From Balanoglossus misakiensis (lineage: Eukaryota; Animalia; Hemichordata): a DNA stretch of 64,000 nt. Shown here in pieces: positions 52,401 through 64,000 of this stretch. A model generated the notes under the pieces. That model saw only the letters and a program-made list of their open reading frames with translations, was not told where the DNA came from and did not search any database. The stretch covers positions 10,981,166 through 11,045,165 of the forward strand of contig CM082578.2 in assembly GCA_040954595.2 (NCBI GenBank), in the 5' to 3' direction. Position 1 is the first letter of the stretch. Each line of letters opens with the position of its first letter. Position numbers and translations under genes: made by a program.

Positions 52401-53783
52401 CATCACTGCATCTACTCACCCTTTCCTGCAGTTCATTTTACAACCAGTAAACTAATACATCTTTGTTTCTGTCTCTAATGGATATCTGATGGTGTCGTCC
52501 ATTATAAAGTCGAGTATCACTGTCGAGATCGATAAACACCGTTTGTCCAAATTTAATGGAATACACCAATATTGATTTTCTTTAAATGGTGTTCTAACTG
52601 ATGCTCCGATATAGGTGGTTGAAATTTCAATTTAACCTGTTTTTTCTCGGTTTTTCCAAACATCTTGTTTTCACACAATTTTCCCAGAATAAGTAATAAT
52701 CACGAAAAAACAACAACATATTTTTGGAGTAACGGTTTTGCAAATCGCCATATACACCATGTTTGCCTTAGCACACAACCTGGTCGCGTATCACCACTCA
52801 GTGATTGACGAATTCCGTATACGCGTCGACCTCGTTTCGACTGGCTTAGTGTTGCAACGCGCCCGCAAAAATGTCGTCAAAACCCTGTGCACACTGCGCA
52901 AAAAGGGGAAACAAATCTTCGATGGCACGGACATTCCGATTTGCGACGATGAAGATAGATAGACACGGGTAATTTGTTGAACTCATTTGATCCTGGATAT
53001 TACATCTTAACGACGATGCGGGTAATCATGCTACTCCGGAGTGCTCAGTAATGAATCCGCAAATGCCTGTTTAGTAGGCGCTGCTGTCTCGCTGCGGAAA
53101 CACAGAATCTGTGTAGCGAAAATTTGATACGATAGAAACTAAATACGTGTATATTGAGAAAATACTACATTTGGATACAATGTGAATACGGGCCTATCGG
53201 TTAAATCTCTCAGAATATTTATTTATACACATCGGCTGTATTTATCAATTTTTTTTCTTCAAACAATGCCACATTTCCCCAACTCAACCAATTCTTCAAT
53301 TTCTTCGACCAATTATGTTTACATCACACGAGTCAAATACCCGTATGCGACGTCACGGCACCAGCAAATTTGAGTGAAACATGTTTAACTTCGCTCAGGG
53401 CGAGTCCAACATTGCCCGCGGGTTACTCGGTGTGAGTAATGGGCCAATTTCGTTCTATTTAACTTGAGAAAAAAACATCCGAACCGCACCGCTCGCGGTA
53501 TTTATGTAATCTCACGCAAATAAATCCCGTGGTCGCGAAGCTATCGATTTAATTGGGTTGTTTACGCCAAAGACCACGTCCCCGAAAGGGGTGCGATGCC
53601 GCTTCGCTATACATCACCGGCGATCGATTCTCTGATAACAAGATTATTTATAACTTTTCAAGTTTGGAAAACTTCGGAAAGTTGCAAGAGTTACGTGGTT
53701 ATAGATAAAGACAAGAAAATAGATAAATATATATATTTATGGCATGATCTTTTATTAGACCAACACGAAATGAAATGACATTT

Positions 53784-54119
53784 TTAAAGCTCCGTTAGCT
53801 GTCACCTTTGGATATTTATTGCCGAAATTTCAGTGTATATACCTACTCAATTTCTTGTTCGAATCCCGGGAGCACGACGATGTGCCCAGTATATAGGCTT
53901 GTCAATGCATCATGTATATCGTCCGCTGTGTTATTTTGAACTGAATTCAAGTCCGGACTTGAATTCATTTGTCTCTAACAACAATGACCACCAGACATAT
54001 TCAGACTACGTTGACCATCAATGTGTAATCGGATACAACAGGGAAAGGAATAAGAAACTGTAGTTTTTACGCAGATGTAGATTGAAAATTGCCAAAAGTT
54101 TCAGCTAGTGTCTCTTTAA
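53784..54119. mobile_element. Non-autonomous TTAA-flanked DNA transposon (Kolobok-like MITE)
   Basis: TTAA at both ends and AG...CT termini. Imperfect TIRs: ttaaagctccgttagctgtcacctttgg versus reverse complement ttaaagagacactagctgaaacttttgg. Confidence 0.6.
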
Positions 54120-54950
54120 AGAAATATTACATATAAAATGGTAAGAGGCTATAAATAATCCGAATTATTTTAAACAATAATGAAAAGCACTAAAATCTTA
54201 TACTTTTAACGAGAAGTTTACAAAATTTCACAAAATGGCACAATAGGAATTTAAGGGTTTTTGTTCGCTCTTTTAACTATTTTACTATTTTATCACCGCG
54301 ATGACGGGTCAAAGCACAATTTTCCGTTCACTTGGTCGAAATCTGTTCATCTTTTAAACTACTTTTGCCCTTTGGTCCCATGTCAGAAAAAAACTAGAAT
54401 TAACAAGCTAAAATAGAGTTAAAGTACAGTTGTAGATATAACGCTGACTAGTGAAACGTTTGTTTGGCGTCTTGAGGATATAGGAAATATATAGTATAAA
54501 GGGGCTATTGATCGTAATAAGAAAAGCTCGACGCACGAGGAAACGTAATTCCTTCGGAAGAAGCGGTCATGAAAGCCTCCATTTTAATTCGTTTGCCACG
54601 CATGCATCAACACTCGCCAGATGCTTGGTCGTGGAAGTTTGAGGAAGAATATTAATTGGTGCGCGTGCAGAATTGGGGGAGGGGGTTCAGGAGAGTTGCA
54701 GAGGACTCATATTTACCCATGCGTCAGCTTTTATGATCGATGACCCTGAATATTCGATCGCATCGCAGTTTCGCTACGAAACTCGTCATTTTAAAAATCT
54801 CATAGAAATTCGCAATGGACGTCAAATTTCTCGCAAGCATGACGAGAAACACTCTTCGAACAAGACGAGAATATTTTGCTTGAAAATGGTTGCGTGTACG
54901 TACTTCGAAAGTTAGCGGGTACCCTGTCTCCGAAACTGGTCCTTGCCACG

Positions 54951-56852
54951 TCATTTCCTGTCTCGCGAGCGATGCGACGCGGCCGTGGTGCTCTTCGCGT
55001 TCCAGTCGGCTCGGCAGCAGCAAAGGCAGCATATGATGGCGGAGACGGAGCGTTTGAACTCGGCATCCCTGAACACGTAAATGAACGGGTTGATCATGGA
55101 ATTGAGGTAAATGAGCCAGGCGGACACGTAGTAGATCCCGTCGCCCATGACGCACGTTTCCGAACAGACGGACTCGATGACGGCGATCACGAACCACGGC
55201 GTCCAGAGGATCAGGAAAGTACCCATGAGGATAGCGAACGACATGACCGCACGCCTATCTCCGGCCAATCGGCTGATGTTTGCGTTGGTTCTTCCCGCCG
55301 CCACGGACAAAGGCGTCGTTTTGGTGGTGTTCAGTCTCCGCAGTGTCTCGAATTCTTTTTCTTGGGGACTTAGGACCGCCATCTTTCGTTCTTGGGAGCC
55401 TTGTCCCGTGCGCACCTTTTTAACGACCGTAGAATCTTCACGAGTGGGCGAAACGCTCGACTTCTTTTCGTCGGTGTCGGCGGCACGGTCGCCGCCGCCA
55501 CGTTTGGGAGTACCGCGGTCTTCTTTAGGTAATTGACTACCCACATTCTCCTCGCTTTGTTGACGGTCGCTCTTTACGATAGTGTCGGGTGATGGGCCGC
55601 TGCTCGCTTCGATAATAAACGCTGGATTATCAACGCCAGCGTCGTCTCCATGGTTACCAGAGCGTCCAGGGCTGTTCTCAATCAGGGCTTCCTCGCCGAT
55701 GTCTGAAGTCCACACAGATTTATCACATGTGGTTTTTGAGTCCAAATTTCCGTCTCCGTCAGTCTTCCACCCTAGGTCGGAAAACGAAAGGCTGGTTTGA
55801 GAGGCGGCGTCTACGTACATGTACCTCTCTTCCCGGTCGCCTTGATAACCACTGTCCTCGCCAGAAACTCCCAGCTTCGTCCGGTCTTCCTCTCCCCGTT
55901 TGACAGGATTGTTTTCCGAGTCGGCGTAAGATATGGTTGGGACTAAAATAATGCTTTGGTTCGCCAGTTTCTTCGGGCGCCCCGCCTTTTTCTGTCCGTC
56001 GCTACCGCCCTTGCTGGCGTTTGTCGGGCCGGTCTTCAAGCTGACGGCGCCCGAGTCGGCGTCTCTTCGAAGCGACCGAGCTCTCCGGCGGAGCACCACC
56101 CAGATGGCGCACGACAGAAAGAGGATAAAAACGAAAGGGATCAGCATTGTTATCATAGTGTTCACCATCGCGTAGGTCTCGTTTTCCGACCACTCGACGT
56201 CACAGTAGTACGTGTAATCAATGATGCTCTCCCCGACGATGTACTCCCAGACGACGATGCCGGGAACCTCGGCCACGAACGCCAGCGCCCAGCAGGAGAC
56301 GATCATGGTCATCACCAGTCTGTGCGTACGCCTCCTCCGGTAGCGCAGGCCGTGCAGGATGGCGAAGTAGCGATCGACGCAGATGGCCAACATGGTGTAG
56401 GTGGAGGCCGTGTAGATCCAGTAGTCCACGACCAGCCACGTCACGCAGGTGATTTTGCCGAACTTCCAGTTCTCGTAGCCCATGAGCGCCTCCCAGATGC
56501 CCGGGGCCATGTCGAACAGGCCGGCAATGAAGTCGGAGATCGCCAGGCTCACGTAGAAATAGTTGGTGAGTTTTCGCAGCTTTTTGTTCCACACGAAAGC
56601 GACGATGATGAGTAAGTTCGACACGGTGGTGATGAGGGCTACAGCGGTCAGTACAACGGCCAAAGCGATAAAGGGAATGGGTCCGTACAGGGGTCCCGCG
56701 TCGTCGTCATCTGGGGCCGCGGTGGTGGACATGTTCGAGCCATGGCGAAAATCAAAGTCCCTACTTCTGTTCCAGTCTGTGTGCGAGCCATTCCAGTCGA
56801 ACACCACAAAAGTGTCGTTGAACGGAATCCAACGTGTAAGGTTTAGAGTCAT
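54951..56852 (-). CDS. Aminergic class A GPCR, histamine H3/H4- or muscarinic-like, intronless CDS, 633 aa
   Basis: N-terminal N-glycosylation sequons; TM2 SLAISD; TM3 WLVVDYW with D3.32, resembling H3 WLVVDY; DRY; ICL3 of roughly 270 aa; TM6 FLILWTPW; TM7 WLIYLNSMINPFIY; C-terminal Cys cluster. Confidence 0.92.
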   Translation of the reverse strand: MTLNLTRWIPFNDTFVVFDWNGSHTDWNRSRDFDFRHGSNMSTTAAPDDDDAGPLYGPIPFIALAVVLTAVALITTVSNLLIIVAFVWNKKLRKLTNYFYVSLAISDFIAGLFDMAPGIWEALMGYENWKFGKITCVTWLVVDYWIYTASTYTMLAICVDRYFAILHGLRYRRRRTHRLVMTMIVSCWALAFVAEVPGIVVWEYIVGESIIDYTYYCDVEWSENETYAMVNTMITMLIPFVFILFLSCAIWVVLRRRARSLRRDADSGAVSLKTGPTNASKGGSDGQKKAGRPKKLANQSIILVPTISYADSENNPVKRGEEDRTKLGVSGEDSGYQGDREERYMYVDAASQTSLSFSDLGWKTDGDGNLDSKTTCDKSVWTSDIGEEALIENSPGRSGNHGDDAGVDNPAFIIEASSGPSPDTIVKSDRQQSEENVGSQLPKEDRGTPKRGGGDRAADTDEKKSSVSPTREDSTVVKKVRTGQGSQERKMAVLSPQEKEFETLRRLNTTKTTPLSVAAGRTNANISRLAGDRRAVMSFAILMGTFLILWTPWFVIAVIESVCSETCVMGDGIYYVSAWLIYLNSMINPFIYVFRDAEFKRSVSAIICCLCCCRADWNAKSTTAASHRSRDRK

Positions 56853-59800
56853 TTTGTCGATCTCAACCCAGGAGACAGCGAAGAGTTGATACCTGCCAGT
56901 ACAGCGGTGATCGCCTCACTACAGAAGCGCATCCACTCGTATGCATTCATTTGCGGATGCGCGCTTATATCATTTGTTGCGTGACGTCAACAGCACGTGC
57001 TAGAACCGCCTCGGCGATGCTGACTGCGGCCGAGTCGACGCTTCCGCGCCGTGGCTGTCAATCATAACCTCCGTGGGAGGAGTTTTTTAATATTCATCAC
57101 ACCTGATATATAAAACCAGGTATCCAGTCTAGATGATTAAGTCGACAACACAACTGTACGTGTGGCATATATAACCATTGCCAAATCCCCCCACGAGTTT
57201 AATGCAATGCACTGTCAGGGCGATAGCGGACTAATAATTTCCCATCAGAGGAATTGAACATTCGAAGAGGAAGACAGCGCTCTTTGACCGAAAAATAGAT
57301 AATTTTTTTCGATATTTGAAAATGACAGTATGTGCTGCTACGGGCAGTCATAGATTGCCTGCTGGTGTCGTATCACCAGAAAACGATTTGAATAACGCTC
57401 GGGATGATGAAAACGACACCGGTTTGAATATTCGCTCGGTGATTGGACGGCCCGATGTTGTGCAGCTGGCTCACCGACCAAAACTCCGGGCCTTTCTCCC
57501 AACGCCCAGACTAAGTCTAGTGTCTAAGCCTCTGCATGAGTGTCCACAAATCTAAGTAAGTCTCTATTAAAGTGTCTATAAATGTAAATACCCTCTCTAA
57601 GAGTAAGAGAGAAATTCAATATTATGTAGAATCTTGTCTTCCTTGAGATATACCTACTCTGAAGCATTACAGTAAAATCACGATCACGTTGTGTACATAA
57701 CAAATGTACCCTAGTCAGAGTGTAAATGTGTGAATGAGCAAATTGGTTTGTTAATGCCTGCCAAAACGATATAATTGAAAGTGGGTGAATTTGTCACAAT
57801 GCCCATCGTTCCCAGGAAATAAAATTGTGTAGGAACGATCACTTGTCGGACTGAAAAAAATAATTCTAACAAAATGAAAATATCGTATCGTGACACTGGA
57901 ATGCGCCCGCGCACACGGGCAAGGGATAGCTTACTTGCACGGAAGAAAAATTCACACATGTATGACCAAATGTCTAATGCGCCATCAGGGCCAGTTCAAC
58001 CTGTAGATTGGATCATTTTATGAGAGTCTTGTATGTGCCTTCCTGCAGACTCGCGGATTTTGTAAATTTTACAATAATTTTCGTCTGTCGTTTACATAAT
58101 GTTCCTAACCTTAACCCTAACCAGAAATGCGCCGTACGGAAGGCACGGATTATGGTATGAAATTCATTTGCGGAATTAAATTGGAAACAGCCTAGCTATA
58201 CTACTACCGTTCTCTCCCAATCATCCGAGATCTGTTTTCACCATCAGTGATCGGCTTTGAAAAAAAATGCGGGTCTTGAATACTCTAGTAATTGTCAGTA
58301 AACTCCGTTATTTCTGTGCCGTCGGCTGGAACACAAAGCGCAGCGGCGGCGCTTTCTTGACTCCAAACCCCAGCAAACACAAACCCTTTCCGTTGCCGAT
58401 GTTTTCGTTTACAAAATGTGATTAGTTTATTCGCAGTTGACGCGCTGGGCAGTTCTTTTCACCATTATGCAATCTAGATATTTATGTTTCAAAATACTCC
58501 CCAGGGGTGACGGTTCATAAGCTACCTGGAAAAGGTTTCGCGTCGCAACAAAGCGGACCGAGATTTAATTATCCGGGATGTATAATACTGACATTCCCGG
58601 AATGCAGGGAACAATCTTTAAGGCCTATCTGGCAAGACTTTCATTTTTTTGCGTCGTTATGATGATATCCCACCGGCTTGATTCGATTCGCCGTCACTCT
58701 GCCTCGCAATGCTAGATTAGTTTCCTCTGCGGTCAATTGTTTCGTTGTCGGGTGCAAAACAACGAACACACTTTCCGGCTAATTTACGCGCGACGTTACA
58801 GTGTCGAGTTGCTTACAAGATAACAAGCAAACATTTTGTAGATTTTTGTTTAATAGTTGAGCCATGCAAAAGATGGGCTTCTACTTTAAGACGTCACCAT
58901 TCGTCTGTAAAATGTATGAAGATGAGGGATAATTGAACTGGTATTCACGGCGTGATTTCAATGTGTCGACGCCCACTTAAAACTGTTATGCCACCTGTTT
59001 GACTCCGGGACATACGTGGTCAACTTGCCCCCTTCATAGTCGAGAATGCTCGGCATCTTGTCGAAGCGCTCGCCTATATAAAATTGGATTTGAAACATTA
59101 ATGTTTTCCCGTGACGAATAACAGCACAGCTTGTAGGGATTATAAATTTTCCAAAGCGATCATGCATCATGGTTCCACTTAGGCAATTTTGATCGAGACG
59201 ATAGCTACATGTATGTTTTCTTTGCTTTTCACCATTCTCGCCGATAAACTGCATAATTGTACAATCAGAGATGGGTGTAAGATACTTTAGGGACACGACA
59301 TTTGAAACAGGATAATTAGATGAGTCGTTTTCATCAACGCAGCTAATCTATAATTGCAATCAAGATAAAAGAGCAACAGCTATTAAAGTTCACGTGGTTC
59401 AGATTAATCGCAAAGACAACATTACAGATAAGGACTCTAGGCATACTGGATTCACGTATGGAAGATAAGTTGAAATGCAAGATGTTATGAAAAAAATATT
59501 CTGAGATTTTTCAAGTTGAAAACGAACTTGAAAATAAATGTGTTAAACCATATATCTTGCATGCGAATTTTCAAAAATACGATGTACATGTAAACAAACC
59601 GCAATACCTGCTGCTTGTTCAGTTGATTTGAGAATCGTGACAAAATATATTATTGCCTGCGATCAATCTTCGCCAACCTTCCCACCGAAACACAGGAGCG
59701 AAGTGATGGATTGGCGGCGTTACAGTGAAAAAGTAATCGTTTAGCCTTCTTAGTTTTAGCAATGGCTTTTGGGGATAATTTCTCTGAACGTCGGACGTCA

Positions 59801-62507
59801 CGATCGTAAAATTCCATTAATGTCGCAATTGGCAACTTATTGAAGGTGCCTGGGCGAAGCTCGGTTGGAACGCTGCCGCAAATTAGAGTTAAATTAGTTT
59901 ATTTGGTTTCGGTTTTCAGAGACAAATGTGAAAACTGCCGCACTTATGCACATCTGACACTGCATTATCATCGTCGTTATCTCGCAGGACAGAATCATTA
60001 TCTCATATCTGCTCGAGATGATGGGTAGAGTCACAGAAGAGGACATGGTAGAATGCTACTAAAAGACAGATTTCTGAGTAAGATAGAAAGAAAATGCAGT
60101 ATTTCATACTCTCGAATGTCATAATTTAGAGTATTTTTATTGAGAAGGAAGGACGTGCATATCATTTTAGCATTCCATTCCCCCCCCCCCCCATTTTGCT
60201 AAACGGTTGGCCCTGAAGCGTTTGTTTAATTTTCATTCCGTGTAATTTCTATTTAGAGCACCTCTCCCCAGACTTCAAGTCTGTCCCTCATTCTTCGACG
60301 ACCATCAACGTCTAAAAAGTGATTTATTTTTCACCACACAGCAAAACGACCGTGGATTCATTAAAAAGCTTTCAACGGGGACATATTTCCATAATGCTTG
60401 ATTCGTTACCTTGATGAGCGCTTATCACTTAATGACAGTTGCCGATAAACCCCAGACCGTGCTCGTGAATACAAATGTTGATATACATTAAACTATATGA
60501 CTGGCGCTCAGACTTCTTCCCTTGTCAATTTTTGTTTGAACTAATCGGTTTAATGAACTATTAATAGTGTGATTGCTTGCATGGTATTAGAATCAAAACT
60601 GCAGGGTGGCGTTGTAGCCAATTAGACATTCATAAATTGTACAGAACATGTAAGGTTCCGATGAAATTATACGACTCTATATGAACAATGTGAGCAACTG
60701 GGACTTTTAATCTCTTTTTTTCTCTGTGTGTGTTTTTCTTTCATACTGACAACTTTGTCTGAAATAAAGAATGCATAAAGAGTATAATACGAAATCCCAT
60801 GATTTCGCGAATGCGAGGTTTCATCACTTGGCAAATGAATTCACATCTTTCGGGGAAACAACGGGGAAGAGGGTTTCGAAAGCGAGCCACTCCTGAAGTA
60901 ATCTTCGTCTGTACGGCGGCGTGTGAGTGAAACGTGCTGCTCATGGGGATTGATAGCCGGTCCTTCAATGACAATGGCCCAAAAGGAACATTTCCGAAGT
61001 CACGTACGCCAGTGCGCACACGAATCTCGTCTGTCATTCGACTTTAAGTCTTTCTGTCATTCGTTATGGCTGTGTCGGTGTTTTTTTTTAAATTTTATCA
61101 TTTTGCACTTGTCATACTTACTTTTAAATTTAGTATGACCAAGAGGCAAATTCTGACTTTTACTTTTAAGTATTTGAATATGATTGAATAGAAACACGAT
61201 ACTTAATTAATGTATGACTCCTCTTTCCGTTTTCAATTTGCGTTATGACAATAAACTTGTTCTTAAATTAAATTAGTGTATAAATATATATAGGCTTCAT
61301 GAAAAATATGTCTCCTTTACCTCATACAAAGTGAAATAAGTAGTCTTTCAGACATCTGTCGAAAGTTTCCGCCTCAATGCCATTACATCTGTACTCGAGG
61401 AAGCCCGTACAATTAAACTTAATTCGCTCAACAATCGGAAAACGAAAAAGTCAACCATTTCAATCTTTCAAGGATTTCAATTGCAATGGCTGCAATTAGT
61501 GGTGAATTCAAGCTGAGAGCGAAGACTGGACTTACATAAGCAAGTGGCCACGCACAGCAGGAACCGCAAATAATTTATTTGGAATCCAAGTATTAACCTT
61601 CGCAATCATGCTGCTGTAATGTCACTGAGAAGTCACCGTTCTGTCAAACAGAAATTTAGTGATCCAATTAAATGAAACGTCTCTCTGTAAAATGCTATCT
61701 GCACTCTAAAAAGGACAAATCTTCAAGCTATATTCAGTAGTACACAATGCACAAATATTTCTCTCTCGACGCGTACAGAACGAGGCACAGTAACCTAGAA
61801 TTCCAGTATCGATGCCACAGACTTCAACTAGTGAGGAAGAATCATGATCTTTTCTTCTTCTAAGACCCATAAAATATTTGACGATTAAGCTACACAGTCT
61901 TTTTACCAGGAGAAATTTCTATTAACTTTGTCAGCTCCAGTTTCACACAGTACGGTATCTATGCATGACGTTTAACACACGTTTTTCCTTACCCAGATAA
62001 ACCATCAGTAGAATTGCCAATTATGCAAATTAAGCTAATTGGTATGCAGACGACATATGCCAAACGGTTAATGGCAAACAGCCCTCATTTGAATAAGCTT
62101 ACGCTCTCCTTGGAATGGACTGATATTGAAGGTACCCGAGTCTAACACATTCGCATGTGCTCATGCTCGTTCATGCATTGCCGGAAGAAATATATCGATA
62201 CTCAAAACGGTCCTCGGTGCTTTGAAAAACGAGAAAAATATGCTTATATCAGACCTTATGAACACGACGCCGACGTAAAGAAGAGGAGTTTTTTTTCGCA
62301 GAGCTCTTTGCACGCACTCAAACAATATCAAACCTGACTCGATGTTGAAGCGACAAACCCAAGCAATGCTGACTTTTCGTAGGAGTATCTTGGGACTCTG
62401 ACAACCATCGAGAACGCGGCCGACCTACACGTTCGTTGACATGCCCGCGGCATCGTCCTGCTCGAAATCACTGGTAAATTTACTTTACTCGGCAACGATA
62501 AAACGTA

Positions 62508-63912
62508 ATGACGCCATTGTGCACGTTTAATGGCACTTCGCCAAAAGGCACTACAGGTGAGCGGTCCCACTTGAATCGGAAAAACACACACCCCTCGGGA
62601 GAACATACTTCCACACTTTGGAAGTCATTCCCCGGTGGAGATCATCATAAAGCAGGCGTCGCCTGTGTACCCATGTTTCCGCATCAAGAAGTGTTTGTAC
62701 AGCACGTTGAAAAAAACAATCCTGACAGTGCAATGCACTTGCATCACGTCAAGCCTATAAAACATGATGTAATACATTTGGCTGATCGTTGTACGAAGTC
62801 ACGATGGCCCAATCTCTTGTAAATTTACGCCAGCAATAACAGTCGGCAGTCGCGACGAACTGTATAGCAAATAAAGCCACGATTTATTATCCCAATGTTA
62901 CCAGCAATTCTGTCACATACTCCTTGTTTAGTACGTTTAGGTTTACTGTGACCATAAAAAAGATTATCTGGACCTTCATCACACAGAGTCCGCAAAGAAA
63001 CACCGGCTACTCGTATATCGCAGTATACTGTTTTAATCGTCGTACCACTGCCGGGGTTCGCCGGCGTGCGTATACGTGCGTCTTACTCTGAATTAAACCG
63101 ATCCCGTGTGCCTAGGGCGGACCGGTGAATTTCATTGACCGCGCGGCAGTATAAATCCGATACTCAAATCGGTGTTAGCGGATTTTGTCACCTTTCAGCG
63201 CAGTCAGAAATGGCGATAATCACACCGCTTCTATTCGCGATTCCCCACGGCACATTCTGTCGTTCTGCGCCAAAGCATCGCAAGAATACTATCACTACAT
63301 CTGTTCCTCGCTCGCGTGACATCATGCATGATTAACTAATGATGAGCAACAACCGAATCACGTGATTTGCACCCTCTCCCGGCAAATTAAACTTTTACCT
63401 CCACTTTCTCAAGTGTTCGCCCCTGAAAGACTTTTCAGCGTTTGCTGCTGCATCTGATGAATTTTGAATTGCTTTGTCATGACTCCATGTATATGCAGAC
63501 CCGCTTTTGTGGAGTCATTATGACAACACACAGTAGAATGATTGAACTTCTGCCCTGTAACACCCACTCATTTATATTTCGGTTTGGCTCATTCAGATTG
63601 TGCTGAATCATCCATGGAAAATAGGCTACGAAGCCACGGAAAGGAATTGATTAACCTGTTTGAGGAACTCACATCCAAAGTAAGTAATTTGCTACGAAAA
63701 ATAGAGAGATTTAGAAGCTTGTGTTTCGAGAAATCTTAAAAGTTTGTAAATGAACAAAACCCAAAAATCAATGGGCGCCAACTCCTGAATATCAGTGTCA
63801 GATTTCTCTGCTTCTTCTTCTCCAACAGAAACGACGTCGTTCTCGAATGCCGTGTTGTTCTCTTCGCTTCATTCCGGGAAAGGCGACTAATTTTGTCATC
63901 GACGTGCGCTGA
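62508..63912 (+). CDS. Tentative small spliced ORF, 71 aa; join(62508..62556,63597..63679,63829..63912)
   Basis: Good splice sites (cag|gtgagc, ttcag|...|gtaagt, ttcttctccaacag|) in compatible phases. No homology recognised; these could be UTR or lncRNA exons. Confidence 0.22.
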
Positions 63913-64000
63913 TCAACGCGTTGGCTTTACGACCAAATTAAAGTTCGATCGGTGTTTGCCAAACGGGAGCAGCGACGGGACGAGTCTTTGCTTTTCATAC

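Noticed and set aside
58958-62733. Protein-looking minus-strand ORF fragments (58958-59296, 60741-61037, 62551-62733)
   Set aside because: I could not join them into a phase-consistent gene and recognise no homology.
1-64000. CRISPR arrays, operons, rRNA, transposase or RT ORFs, known miRNA hairpins
   Set aside because: None seen by eye. The sequence is eukaryotic, and seed-like matches lacked the full mature sequence.

Overview
This is eukaryotic (animal) genomic DNA with GT-AG introns and microsatellites. Gene content fits an invertebrate deuterostome such as a hemichordate, but that is inference. I could build five protein-coding genes by hand. (1) An intronless SREB-family orphan GPCR (GPR27/GPR85/GPR173-like), minus strand, 15063-16286. 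(2) Head-to-head with it, a 7-exon class III eIF4E (eIF4E3, 215 aa), 21196-26269; human GPR27 and EIF4E3 form the same pair. (3) A convergent 4-exon gene for an unrecognised ~840-aa acidic/coiled-coil protein with a polybasic N-terminus, two acidic dileucine motifs and a C-terminal CCAGCSIL CaaX box, minus strand, 32492-37858. (4) A divergent 5-exon gene for an unrecognised ~730-aa protein, 42821-49494. (5) An intronless aminergic GPCR of histamine-H3/muscarinic type with an atypical ligand pocket, minus strand, 54951-56852. Intergenic DNA holds a clean 653-bp solo LTR with a 4-bp TSD, several MITE-like inverted-repeat elements and microsatellites. I found no tRNA, rRNA, CRISPR or prokaryotic features. 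Most short ORFs in the supplied track are spurious. All homology calls come from recalled sequences, not database searches.
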